From the NCBI GenBank assembly GCA_041654915.1, contig JBAZCO010000001.1:1-61817 (forward strand): DNA of 61,817 bases, written 5' to 3'. The position numbers and the translations under genes were made by a program. The DNA is from Clostridia bacterium. Lineage in GTDB: Bacteria; Bacillota; Clostridia; Christensenellales; DTU072. Below are positions 25,379-33,844 of this stretch, piece by piece. Position 1 is the first letter of the stretch. Each line of letters starts with the position of its first letter. The notes under the pieces are model-generated. The model ran no database searches, was not told the origin of the DNA, and saw only the letters and a list, made by a program, of their open reading frames with translations.

Positions 25379-26473
25379 TTAAATTATATCATACAAATAT
25401 GCAGCACCCTTGCTCATTGTCAACTTCATGTCCGTGTTAAAGAATGCATCCATCCATGTGCTGTAGCGCTCTGAATGATAATGCGTGTTGACTTGACCTT
25501 CAGCACCGTTGCCGACATCAGCCATCTGGAATATAACTCCCGAAGATGGTGTAAAGATGTCGTTAGCCCCAGTCTTTGGACTATAAGACAATAAAGCATT
25601 CCCGCTCGCAAAAGGGGTTGCACTTGCACCTTCTTTTGCACGATACACAGCACTTGAAACGATTACTTCGTCAATGCCGATTGCACGTGCAACCAAAGCC
25701 TCGGTTACCATTGAACTGTCATAGTTGCCCGACAAGTTGCCCGTAATGGCACTCAAAGTGTCAAGCGTTTGCTGGCACTCAATTAAAGCATTCCAAGCAT
25801 TCTCGGCTATTGTCAAAGTTGTAGGATTTACACCAATAGCAAGCTTTACTTTAGCAGCCAACGCACGCAGGTCACTGATAGGTGTCGCGGTAGACGGTGC
25901 ATTCCACTTATAGAACTGATCTCCGGTAGGCGAACCGCCAGAGGCTACACCCTGGGCGTCAATGCCCCATACGCCGGTCTTGAAGTACTGGTCAAAGAAA
26001 CGCTTTTCTTTTGTAACTTTCAAGCCACGAAGTTGTACTTTTGATGCAAACTGGAATGCGGAAAAACCAACATTACCTGCTCGCCTTACAGCCTGATCTG
26101 AAACCCAAACACCGTTACCTTCACGCTTAATTCGGTAGGTGTCGGTCGAAAGTTCGGGCAACTTCATTTCAGGGGCCATAGAGTTTTCAGCCACCACACC
26201 GGCAGTCGGAATGTCTATAGCCGCACTGTCAAATACATAATAATGTCCGCTTTCGGCATCCATATTAAGGGTCTTAAATACCTTGTTAGCAACAAAGCCG
26301 GCATCATCCCTCCATACTCCTAAAGCAAATGTAGTAAGAGCCTCATCAATGGGCGCTCCTTGCCAATTTGCTTGATTCATGGCATGCACAAGCTGTTCAC
26401 CCGACATATTCTTGTAGGTGCGTTCAAACTCTGCCATGTTCGCAATCCTGCGATCTAATACTTTGTTTCCCAT
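25379..26473 (-). CDS. Major capsid protein
   Basis: 364 aa, following the protease/scaffold and decoration genes. Size and position fit lambda-E-like capsid proteins. Confidence 0.6.
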   Translation of the reverse strand: MGNKVLDRRIANMAEFERTYKNMSGEQLVHAMNQANWQGAPIDEALTTFALGVWRDDAGFVANKVFKTLNMDAESGHYYVFDSAAIDIPTAGVVAENSMAPEMKLPELSTDTYRIKREGNGVWVSDQAVRRAGNVGFSAFQFASKVQLRGLKVTKEKRFFDQYFKTGVWGIDAQGVASGGSPTGDQFYKWNAPSTATPISDLRALAAKVKLAIGVNPTTLTIAENAWNALIECQQTLDTLSAITGNLSGNYDSSMVTEALVARAIGIDEVIVSSAVYRAKEGASATPFASGNALLSYSPKTGANDIFTPSSGVIFQMADVGNGAEGQVNTHYHSERYSTWMDAFFNTDMKLTMSKGAAYLYDII

Positions 26474-26498
26474 TCTTTTATCCTCCTCTTACTTTTGC

Positions 26499-27173
26499 TT
26501 AAACTACCGTCGCAACAATGTCAACAGTTACAGTCCTAAATGCAACAACAGTTGCACTGTCAGTCGATGTGTCATAGGTGTGAGTCGTACTGGTCGCTTC
26601 CCAGGTATAATCACCGACTTCAAGCACAAATTCAACCACACCATCCTCATCTGTCGTGCCCGTCAGTGTCTTGCCGCCATCGAGTTCAACTTCGATTTCA
26701 ATGTCTTTCACTCCAGCCGTAGTGCCGTCAACAACCACAAACTGTAATGTTCCTTTAGACTCAGGCGTAGGGTTAGCAGCAGCTTTTACACCGGTAAGCA
26801 ATACAACCACATCATCGCCTTTCGCAGCAGAAGTTGCGCCTTCTACATCAGCCGATAAGCCGGCTAATACACCAACGATAAACTCTGATCCCTTAATAGC
26901 CAACCCGTCTTTGTCGGGAACAATAGATGCACCCAAGTCGCTAACACTCAAGCTCTCTCCGGCCGTTACACGAGCAAAGCCTGCACCAATAGGCAGCACA
27001 GTTATAGGAAAACCTGCATCCTGCGCATAGTTGTGCGATACACCGATAGGATAAGTAGTAGCATTTGCCTGGATAACATCGCCGGTTGTGGTATCAAGCC
27101 CTACTATCCTATTCGCACCGATAGCGCCACCAGCCTTACCAGTGGCAAAATTGTTGTTTGTAAATACTTTCAT
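26499..27173 (-). CDS. Head decoration protein (DUF2190-like N-domain) fused to a beta-sandwich (CarboxypepD_reg-like) domain
   Basis: N-terminal G/A/V-rich ~120 aa. The C-terminal GTLQFVVVDGTTAGVKDIEIEVELDGGKTLTGTTDEDGVVEFVLEVGDYTWEAT is a typical Ig-like/PEGA-type pattern. Confidence 0.5.
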   Translation of the reverse strand: MKVFTNNNFATGKAGGAIGANRIVGLDTTTGDVIQANATTYPIGVSHNYAQDAGFPITVLPIGAGFARVTAGESLSVSDLGASIVPDKDGLAIKGSEFIVGVLAGLSADVEGATSAAKGDDVVVLLTGVKAAANPTPESKGTLQFVVVDGTTAGVKDIEIEVELDGGKTLTGTTDEDGVVEFVLEVGDYTWEATSTTHTYDTSTDSATVVAFRTVTVDIVATVV

Positions 27174-27174
27174 C

Positions 27175-28368
27175 TTATTTACCTCCTCCGTTTACGACAG
27201 CTTGATAAGCTTCTTGCTCAGTCACATTGTTTTCTGTCGCATAGTCCTTGATTTTCTTGCGAAGCTCTGCTTCTTCTTTGCCTTCGGCAACATCTGCATC
27301 ACTCACTACAGCACCAATAGGTTCCGTAAGCTCATTCATGGTCGTTGCTATAGCTTTAAGCTCGTTAAACAATTCTTCGTCAGCCGTGCGTGCAATTTCA
27401 ATGCGCCTTTCATCGGAAATACCCGGCAAACCAATCAAAGCTTGCGCTTTAAATTCTGCCTCTTGACGTGCCTTATACTCACGCAACTCCGATACTTCTT
27501 TGGCAGTTTTTTCCTTGTATGCCTTAAACTCACTGGCCAACGACTCAAAGTCCTTTACATCTACAACAGCAGCGGCAGAAGGCTCTTTAGGAACATCAAC
27601 CACCTTGTCCTGAACTTCAAGAACATCGGACGCTTGGTCAATAACTTCAGGCACCTTTTTGTCCTTATCTTTCATTTTTTCTTCCTCCTTTGTGTCCTCT
27701 ACAGGTTCGACCTTAGACTGAAATGCCAGTTTCCAATCCTTAACCGAATTATAAAATCTCACCATAGCCGAATTTGTTACGTCCATAGTCGAGAACTTAT
27801 CTTGCTCTGATTCTATAAAGCCGTCTGCAAAGCCCAACTCAATGGCCTCCGTCGCATCAAACGCTTTTTCTTTGTTCATATATTCAGATAATTCTTTTCT
27901 ACTTAAACCCGTCTTTTTCTCGTATGCGTTTATAATGGTTTCTTTCACCGCAACAAGCTGATCCGCAGTTTTTTTCATGTCCTCGCTCTCGCCCATAGCA
28001 ACCGCATACGGATTATGGATCAACATCAAAGCGGTAGGCGACATATAAATTTTATTTGCAGCCATAATTATGACTGTGGCTGCACTCGCACAAAGCCCGT
28101 AAACATAGGCTGTAATCTTACCCTTGCCGTACTGTGCTATATCATTGTAAATCTTTGCAGCGGCAAATACATCGCCGCCCGGAGAGTTTATCCAAATATC
28201 CACATCGCCTGTGCCGCCGTACAACTGATCGTGGAAGGCATCGGCTTCCGTATCGTCGCCCCACCAACTCCACTCCACAATCTCGCCCGTAATATACAGT
28301 TCCCTTTTTTCTGTGCCGTCACTGTCCTTATAGTTTCTAAACTCCCAAGCTTTTTTAAACTTTCCCAT
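27175..28368 (-). CDS. ClpP-like head maturation protease fused to scaffold
   Basis: INSPGGDV..YVYGLCASAATVI..LMLIHNP (Ser/His of the ClpP/S49 type), followed by ~200 aa of acidic coiled coil. Confidence 0.8.
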   Translation of the reverse strand: MGKFKKAWEFRNYKDSDGTEKRELYITGEIVEWSWWGDDTEADAFHDQLYGGTGDVDIWINSPGGDVFAAAKIYNDIAQYGKGKITAYVYGLCASAATVIIMAANKIYMSPTALMLIHNPYAVAMGESEDMKKTADQLVAVKETIINAYEKKTGLSRKELSEYMNKEKAFDATEAIELGFADGFIESEQDKFSTMDVTNSAMVRFYNSVKDWKLAFQSKVEPVEDTKEEEKMKDKDKKVPEVIDQASDVLEVQDKVVDVPKEPSAAAVVDVKDFESLASEFKAYKEKTAKEVSELREYKARQEAEFKAQALIGLPGISDERRIEIARTADEELFNELKAIATTMNELTEPIGAVVSDADVAEGKEEAELRKKIKDYATENNVTEQEAYQAVVNGGGK

Positions 28369-28400
28369 ACGCTCCCTCCCTTGCTGATATACACCTAAAT

Positions 28401-29723
28401 TTAAGGCGTAACATACCTTTCGTCGTTTTGCTCAAATTCCCTGCTCTCTAAACTCTTATCATGCTCACCGCCGTCCGAACCGCTACTATCACTGTTAGAC
28501 TGCGGCTTGTATACTTCCTCAAACAATTCATCATCCATAAAGGGCAGCCCCACAAGCACACGCAAAGTGTTCATTAAGTCCTTATCACCCTTTATATTCA
28601 TATCCATAGCTCTAAGCAAAAGTGCAATCTCACTTATAGTAGGCTGCTTTATCCGACCAGGCACTAACCGCGCATCGCTTTTTATACCGTTCATACGCAA
28701 AAGCTTTTCCACAGCGTACTTGTTAAAGGTTTCCGCAATATTATCCGTAAAGGTCTGCAAAGCCTGATTCAATAAAGTCTGCTGAACATTAGCCGCCGAA
28801 GCATTCACAGCCGCAGCCATATCCTGGATATTAGCCGAAAATGACGAAGCAATCTGTGAATTATACCGCTTTATAGTCTTATCCACGTCCACAGCCCTAT
28901 TGTTGTTCGGAGTCAACAACGCTATCTCCCAACTATTCGGCATCGCAGCATAATCTATGCTGTCATTTCTTACGCCCACGCCAACCTTGTCTATCTCCAC
29001 GGCTATAGCGTTGCTCTCATCACTGCCATCAGTCAAATTCACACCATCAGGCACCTTTATAACAGGAAACCCGTTCATAGCACGTTCTATACCTATAGCC
29101 TCTATCTGCTGCAACTGTTGGATATATCTGTAAGGTATATAACAAGATCTAAGCAAACTCTGACCTTCAGGGTTTTTCCTGGTCTTATTTATGTTGATAA
29201 GCACACCCCTACTTAAAGGTATCTCTATAAGCCGACCCGAAACAGGCTCCCACTGCACAAAATGTGTGCAATCATCAGACCCTTCCCTAAATTTCCAACC
29301 AGCCAAACTCGCCTGCGAACGCGGAGAGAAATCTTTCCACAATATCTCACCCGTTTTCCTATCAATACTGTAAACCGTCTCCAAAAAACAAAAACCGTAG
29401 ATCAATGCAGACAATGCCTCTTCCACCACCTGTGACCACGGTACATCCATATTCTTTATATTCTTTTCTAAAAAATTCTTGGCCTTTTCGCTAGTACCCT
29501 GCACAGTCCACTCCAAAGACCTTATCGCTGAATTGCAAAGATACAAAATCGACGCTATAACCGGCGCCTCCGTGCTCATATCCTTATAAGTCCTGGCCGC
29601 CAATGGATACCGTAGCTCTCGCTTGCTCTCCTCGTATATAGTAGCAGGAGTGCCTAAAGACCTTTTTATACCCGTCTTGCCAACCATCGGAGTCGAGGTA
29701 GTTGCTTTTAAGCTCGCAGCCAT
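28401..29723 (-). CDS. Portal protein
   Basis: 440 aa, first gene of the late operon, directly upstream of the protease. Acidic C-terminus. Confidence 0.6.
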   Translation of the reverse strand: MAASLKATTSTPMVGKTGIKRSLGTPATIYEESKRELRYPLAARTYKDMSTEAPVIASILYLCNSAIRSLEWTVQGTSEKAKNFLEKNIKNMDVPWSQVVEEALSALIYGFCFLETVYSIDRKTGEILWKDFSPRSQASLAGWKFREGSDDCTHFVQWEPVSGRLIEIPLSRGVLININKTRKNPEGQSLLRSCYIPYRYIQQLQQIEAIGIERAMNGFPVIKVPDGVNLTDGSDESNAIAVEIDKVGVGVRNDSIDYAAMPNSWEIALLTPNNNRAVDVDKTIKRYNSQIASSFSANIQDMAAAVNASAANVQQTLLNQALQTFTDNIAETFNKYAVEKLLRMNGIKSDARLVPGRIKQPTISEIALLLRAMDMNIKGDKDLMNTLRVLVGLPFMDDELFEEVYKPQSNSDSSGSDGGEHDKSLESREFEQNDERYVTP

Positions 29724-29771
29724 ATAAATATTTACCTCTCAATATTACATTATCCTTATTATTCTATGTAT

Positions 29772-29801
29772 AATATACATCTGTCCTTATAACTTTGTCA
29801 A
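29772..29801 (-). promoter_or_regulatory. Candidate promoter for the minus-strand late operon
   Basis: The reverse strand reads TTGACA-18 nt-TATATT about 50 nt upstream of the portal ATG. Confidence 0.35.
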
Positions 29802-30248
29802 CTATATGTTGTATATTTCACCCACTATATATACATTATATAGCTTTTAACCTTTCCTTGCATGCATAATTATTCATCATTCTATAACTTTATACATACT
29901 TTATACATTATTTTTTTACATATCATAAAACATAACTTTCGTTTTGTGCTTTTTTTGGGAGCTTAAAATTCAATATTCCTATCCTTAAACACCAGAACAC
30001 ACACCAAACACACAAATAACACAAATAAGAACACGTAAATCGCACCCTTAAATAAAACACTAACCATAATTAACCACTTAACTTAACTTTATTTCCAGTG
30101 CTTAACCATAAGTGTAGACACATTTTTTAACTACATTTTGTTTTTTTATATAGATGTGGGGTTAACGGCAGGATTTTCGGTTTTTGCTAAAATAGTTTTT
30201 TTGGGCTTATTTTAGATCCTTGCATATGCATATATATATAGCTTTATA

Positions 30249-30292
30249 ACTTGCATTATAACTTGCATTATAAGACTTGATATAATGCAAGT
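30249..30292. promoter_or_regulatory. Operator-like 12-mers: two direct copies plus one inverted copy
   Basis: ACTTGCATTATA at 30249 and 30261. Inverted TATAATGCAAGT at 30281. A related pair GCAATATA/TATATTGC is at 30336/30352. Confidence 0.6.
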
Positions 30293-30377
30293 CTTTAACA
30301 AGCTTTCAGCCAAGACCAAAAATAAAAAATATCTTGCAATATATCTAAAATTATATTGCTTATTTTAGCTAAAACTA

Positions 30378-30406
30378 TTGACAAGGCAATATGTATATGA
30401 TAATAT
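30378..30406 (+). promoter_or_regulatory. Early promoter P1 (TTGACAAGG family)
   Basis: TTGACA-17 nt-TAATAT, preceded by aaaactat as at 32816. Confidence 0.65.
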
Positions 30407-30443
30407 ATATATAAGATGATAAATAAATAAAGGAGGAGATAAA

Positions 30444-30635
30444 ATGACTAACAGCATATACATTATAAAGGCAATTGACAAAGCTATGAATAATTATCCT
30501 TTAGAATATGAATTCTCAAATATCAATCATGCGAGGGAATTATTCAACGAATTAAAAGCCGATGATAGAATAAAAGACTTATATATGTATGAGTATAGCT
30601 TCATTACTAAAAATTACTATTTAATGGAGGTATAA
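30444..30635 (+). CDS. Hypothetical early protein
   Basis: 63 aa with an AAAGGAGGAG SD. Confidence 0.55.
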   Translation: MTNSIYIIKAIDKAMNNYPLEYEFSNINHARELFNELKADDRIKDLYMYEYSFITKNYYLMEV

Positions 30636-30648
30636 AGATGAAAAGCAA

Positions 30649-30855
30649 GTGAATAAAGCTAAGGCAAGGAATGAATATAACAAGGGTAAGACAATTTTTA
30701 TTGCTCCAAAATATGTAAAAAATACTGATATTGACTCTATATGGTGGAAGTATCCAACTGTTAGTAAGGAATTTGGTCACAATGACTTTAATCAGTTTGT
30801 GGTTGACTATGAAAAAAGGACAAAAACAAAAACAATCTACTTCATAAAGAAATAA
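30649..30855 (+). CDS. Hypothetical early protein (GTG start coupled to a 4-codon mini-ORF)
   Basis: A strong SD serves ATG 30638 (MKSK stop). Its TGA overlaps GTG 30649. Confidence 0.4.
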   Translation: MNKAKARNEYNKGKTIFIAPKYVKNTDIDSIWWKYPTVSKEFGHNDFNQFVVDYEKRTKTKTIYFIKK

Positions 30856-30937
30856 AAAAAGCTAACAGCTGATATCACATTACATGAAGCCCTAGAAGCA
30901 GCATATAAGGCAGGGCAAAAAGAAGGCAAAAAAACAT

Positions 30938-31013
30938 TACATTAAAAGGATAAGCCAAACAAAAACACTACATTAAAAGGATAAGCCAAACAAAAACACT
31001 ATATTAAAAGAGG
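30938..31013 (+). repeat. 31-bp tandem repeat x2.4 upstream of ORF 31023
   Basis: tacattaaaaggataagccaaacaaaaacac at 30938 and 30969. The partial third copy merges into the SD. Confidence 0.9.
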
Positions 31014-31022
31014 AGGCAAATC

Positions 31023-31376
31023 ATGGCCAACAAAAAATTATTAAACGCGTTTAAACTCTCAAGTAAAATTACAATTTATATCCCAGGCACAAAAAACATT
31101 AACGAGGCAGCTGACACGACAGAGCACGTCGACGATTGCGCGCGCTTGTTGTCTGAGTGCTTCGGCGGTGCTACAAGCACACCCGCCCTCGGCTATTGGG
31201 CAAGCCCGACGGCTGGACTAGTAAAGGAACAAACAACTATGGTTTTTGCCTATTGTAAAGAGGCCGACCTTGAGGCACACCTCGCCCGCGTTATTGATTA
31301 TTGTATAAGCTTAAAAGCTGAGCTAAACCAAGAAGCAATTGCGCTTGAGCTAAACGGGGAAATGTATTTTATTTAA
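31023..31376 (+). CDS. Hypothetical protein in a locally GC-rich gene (DUF3574-like pattern, tentative)
   Basis: 117 aa. ..CFGGATSTPALGYWASPTAGLVKEQTTMVFAY..LNQEAIALELNGEMYFI. Composition is visibly more GC-rich than its neighbours. Confidence 0.5.
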   Translation: MANKKLLNAFKLSSKITIYIPGTKNINEAADTTEHVDDCARLLSECFGGATSTPALGYWASPTAGLVKEQTTMVFAYCKEADLEAHLARVIDYCISLKAELNQEAIALELNGEMYFI

Positions 31377-31394
31377 TAAGACTATAAAAGGCCG

Positions 31395-31413
31395 GCCCGG
31401 AGCCCATCCGGGC
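31395..31413 (+). promoter_or_regulatory. Conserved GC hairpin element, copy 1
   Basis: GCCCGGA-gccca-TCCGGGC followed by AGGAGGGAGAGG and ATGTATAAG. Near-identical copy at 33355. Confidence 0.7.
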
Positions 31414-31432
31414 AGGAGGGAGAGGATTAAAA

Positions 31433-31852
31433 ATGTATAAGACACAAAAACAAAAAATGGTTTATAAAAAGTCTTTAGGAGGACAAAAAATGATTGATAC
31501 AGGAATTACTATTAAGCTTTATTCTCTATCAGAGCTTGGCGACAAAGCTAAAAGAAAAGCTATTGAAGCACACCGGGAATTTGAATTAAGCATTATGAAG
31601 CCCGATGACTTTATAAGCGGTGTAGCAGAATATGACACGCCAGAAGAGCTGCAAAAAACTTATGAAGCGGTATATGTTTATTACCTTATGAACGATAAAC
31701 CCATAATTGAAAACATTGAAGCGAATAACTATTTATTCTTTGAGAATGGAAAGCTTGCGCCCACAGTCCATTATTGCGGGGTGCATCCATTAGCAGGGGA
31801 AACACATTTTATATTTAACGGCACGGCTCATATCATCAAGAAGGAGGATTAA
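31433..31852 (+). CDS. Hypothetical protein
   Basis: 139 aa. An alternative start at ATG 31490 also has an AGGAGG SD. Confidence 0.5.
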   Translation: MYKTQKQKMVYKKSLGGQKMIDTGITIKLYSLSELGDKAKRKAIEAHREFELSIMKPDDFISGVAEYDTPEELQKTYEAVYVYYLMNDKPIIENIEANNYLFFENGKLAPTVHYCGVHPLAGETHFIFNGTAHIIKKED

Positions 31853-31970
31853 AATGAAAACGACAAGCATTAGAGAGTTAAACAAAAAAAAGAAATATAC
31901 AGCAGACCAATTAATAAGATTGCTTAAAATTTGAACTATCATAACACTATAAAAAAACCAAACACTAAAA

Positions 31971-31997
31971 ACCGGGCCGCAATACCCGGTTTTTTTA
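31971..31997 (+). terminator. Rho-independent terminator
   Basis: accggg-ccgcaata-cccggt followed by T7. Confidence 0.75.
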
Positions 31998-32203
31998 TGC
32001 CTAAAATTATAACCCGGATCCGGCAATTATTAAAATCTATATCCGGATTGCCGGCAACGACCCACACCAAAAAAACAACCTTAAAAAAGACCCTTAAAAG
32101 GGATCACCAACAAAAAAAATCAGTCAAAAATTTTAATCTATAAAAAAGCCCTTTAAAACACCAAAAAGCCCACAAACGGCTATACAATGGGCTTTATTTA
32201 ACT

Positions 32204-32253
32204 TTATGCAGTTTTATGCATAATTATGCAGTTTTAGCCGTTTTTATGCATAA
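32204..32253. repeat. Left cluster of 4 TTATGCA motifs (two as the full palindrome TTATGCATAA)
   Basis: Motif starts at 32204, 32214, 32224 and 32244. Confidence 0.85.
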
Positions 32254-32286
32254 TTATTCAGTCGTGATTTTAGCTTTATTTCAAGG

Positions 32287-32365
32287 GAGTGGACAAGGGA
32301 ACAGAGTGGACAAGGGAACAGAGTGGACAGGGGAACAGAGTGGACAGGGGAACAGAGTGGACAAC
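32287..32365 (+). repeat. Iteron-like array: 17-bp direct repeat x4.6 (GAGTGGACARGGGAACA)
   Basis: Contiguous units at 32287, 32304, 32321 and 32338, with a partial unit at 32355. Confidence 0.95.
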
Positions 32366-32530
32366 TTCCAAGCATACAGTTACAAAATTTGAGAAAAAAA
32401 ATACCGGAACAATGTTTTTGATTTTTACCCGATATTATCAACAATATTAAATAATGTAACAATATTAAAATCCTAATATCCTAATATACATAAAATTTTT
32501 TTTTCTGTTTTTATCAGTGTATATTTTTGA

Positions 32531-32557
32531 CCCTGTCCCCCTGTCCCCCCTGTCCCC
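32531..32557 (-). repeat. Three inverted copies of the iteron core (GGGGACAG on the minus strand)
   Basis: CTGTCCCC at 32533, 32541 and 32550. Separated from the direct array by a ~165-bp very AT-rich spacer. Confidence 0.9.
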
Positions 32558-32605
32558 TTCTTTTTTACAATTTGTTAACAATTAGCTTTTTTTTAGTGTT
32601 TTAAA

Positions 32606-32669
32606 TTATGCATAAAAAGTGCATAAACCTATAAAACACGGTGCATAAAGTATACAAATTTATGCATAA
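32606..32669. repeat. Right cluster of 4 TGCATAA motifs
   Basis: Motif at 32609, 32620, 32642 and 32663. Mirror image of the left cluster. Confidence 0.85.
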
Positions 32670-32815
32670 AGTTATATTGGTATTTTTGATGTGATCTTTG
32701 CATGCTTTGGCAGCTGTTAGACTTTAGGCATTGCCGGCGGCAAAAGGGTAAAAAAGAGATCTAAAAAAGGCTAAAAAAAAGGCTAAAAATAATTAAACTA
32801 TTTTAATTAAAACTA

Positions 32816-32844
32816 TTGACAAGGTAATCAATAGGTGATACAAT
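32816..32844 (+). promoter_or_regulatory. Early promoter P2 (TTGACAAGG family)
   Basis: TTGACA-17 nt-TACAAT. The upstream aaaactat is identical to P1. Confidence 0.65.
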
Positions 32845-32951
32845 AGTACATGAAGGATAAGGAATAAGAGAGAAAAACAGTTTTTCAGCGGTATGAATTA
32901 GTTATCGAGGATTCCGGCAAGATTGAGGCAGATTTTGACACAAGCGACGAA

Positions 32952-33323
32952 TTGACAAGCCCGCAGGCCGTGGCCAGGATTTTAACCGCGGCAAATTTGC
33001 ATAATAGACCGCAAGAACATTTGTGGATAATTGCACTTGATAGTAGCAACAACATTGTCGGCATTTTTGAAGGCGGGCGCGGTAGCGTAGGCTCTGCAGC
33101 ATTTAGCCCCCGGACGATAATCCAACCATTGCTAACGGTAAATGCTTCGGCGGCTATATTGGCGCACAATCACCCAAGCGGCAACTTAAAGCCCTCCGAT
33201 TCAGATATAGAAACAACAAAAGAATTAAATGAGTTCTTGAAAGTGGTTGATATTATGCTATTAGATCATGTAATCATCAGCCGAAACGGCTACAAAAGTT
33301 TAAAGGTTGGCGGCTTATTTTAA
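32952..33323 (+). CDS. radC: RadC-like JAB/MPN domain protein
   Basis: JAMM motif AILAHNHPSGNLKPSDSD. The track start is TTG and the frame is open from 32868, so the start is uncertain. Confidence 0.8.
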   Translation: MTSPQAVARILTAANLHNRPQEHLWIIALDSSNNIVGIFEGGRGSVGSAAFSPRTIIQPLLTVNASAAILAHNHPSGNLKPSDSDIETTKELNEFLKVVDIMLLDHVIISRNGYKSLKVGGLF

Positions 33324-33354
33324 ATTAAAAAAAAGGGAATAAAACAAAAGGCCC

Positions 33355-33373
33355 GCCCGGAGCCTATCCGGGC
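33355..33373 (+). promoter_or_regulatory. Conserved GC hairpin element, copy 2
   Basis: GCCCGGA-gccta-TCCGGGC followed by AGAAGGGG and ATGAACATGTATAAA. Confidence 0.7.
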
Positions 33374-33385
33374 AGAAGGGGAAAA

Positions 33386-33844
33386 ATGAACATGTATAAA
33401 ACATTAGAAGAAAACGCAAAAAGAGCAAAAGAAGCATATAGCTTCAGGGATTACGAAAGCGGCAGCGCGACGGCAGAATATAAAAGTTATTGTGCCCAGG
33501 CGCAAGAGGCGGCAGATCGGGCAATAGCACAGCTAAAAAAAGCAAGCGCACCGGAGGAGCGGATCGAACGCGTAAATTATTTATTAGAAAAATACAAGGT
33601 AAAAAAGCTTGATTGGCTGAATAATTTATATTTAAATCGGGCAAGCGTTCCCTCCGTTATGATTGCCGGTGGATCAAATTATCCGACAAGAAAAAAAGAA
33701 AAACAGATTGCACGCGAAAAAACTATATATGAAAATAACCCTGATTATATTATTGAACAAATTAAAAGCATGGGCAGAGAGGCAAAAGTAAAAGAAGATT
33801 TAGAAAAAGTTATTGTAATTTTAAAGGGGTATAAAGATGTTTAA
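33386..33844 (+). CDS. Hypothetical protein (conjugative-element/polyvalent-protein-like domain, tentative)
   Basis: 152 aa, helical, no catalytic motif recognised. Confidence 0.45.
   Translation: MNMYKTLEENAKRAKEAYSFRDYESGSATAEYKSYCAQAQEAADRAIAQLKKASAPEERIERVNYLLEKYKVKKLDWLNNLYLNRASVPSVMIAGGSNYPTRKKEKQIAREKTIYENNPDYIIEQIKSMGREAKVKEDLEKVIVILKGYKDV

Noticed and set aside
27088-27810. 240-aa plus-strand ORF opposite the protease/scaffold gene
   Set aside because: It is antisense to a gene with clear ClpP-type motifs. Its product is hydrophobic and low-complexity, with no SD.
30638-30652. Four-codon mini-ORF (MKSK) as evidence for another frameshifted gene
   Set aside because: Its TGA overlaps a GTG start in the classic termination-reinitiation arrangement (AAGTGA). 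No protein-like upstream extension exists in either frame.
32287-32365. Possible CRISPR array
   Set aside because: The 17-bp units are contiguous with no spacers, there are fewer than 5 copies, and no cas genes are present. This is an iteron-type tandem repeat instead.
32244-32462. 72-aa minus-strand ORF (..CPLCSPVHSVPLSTLFPCPLCSLVHS..)
   Set aside because: Its repetitive peptide is simply the translation of the 17-bp iteron array. It has no SD and lies in the non-coding origin-like locus.
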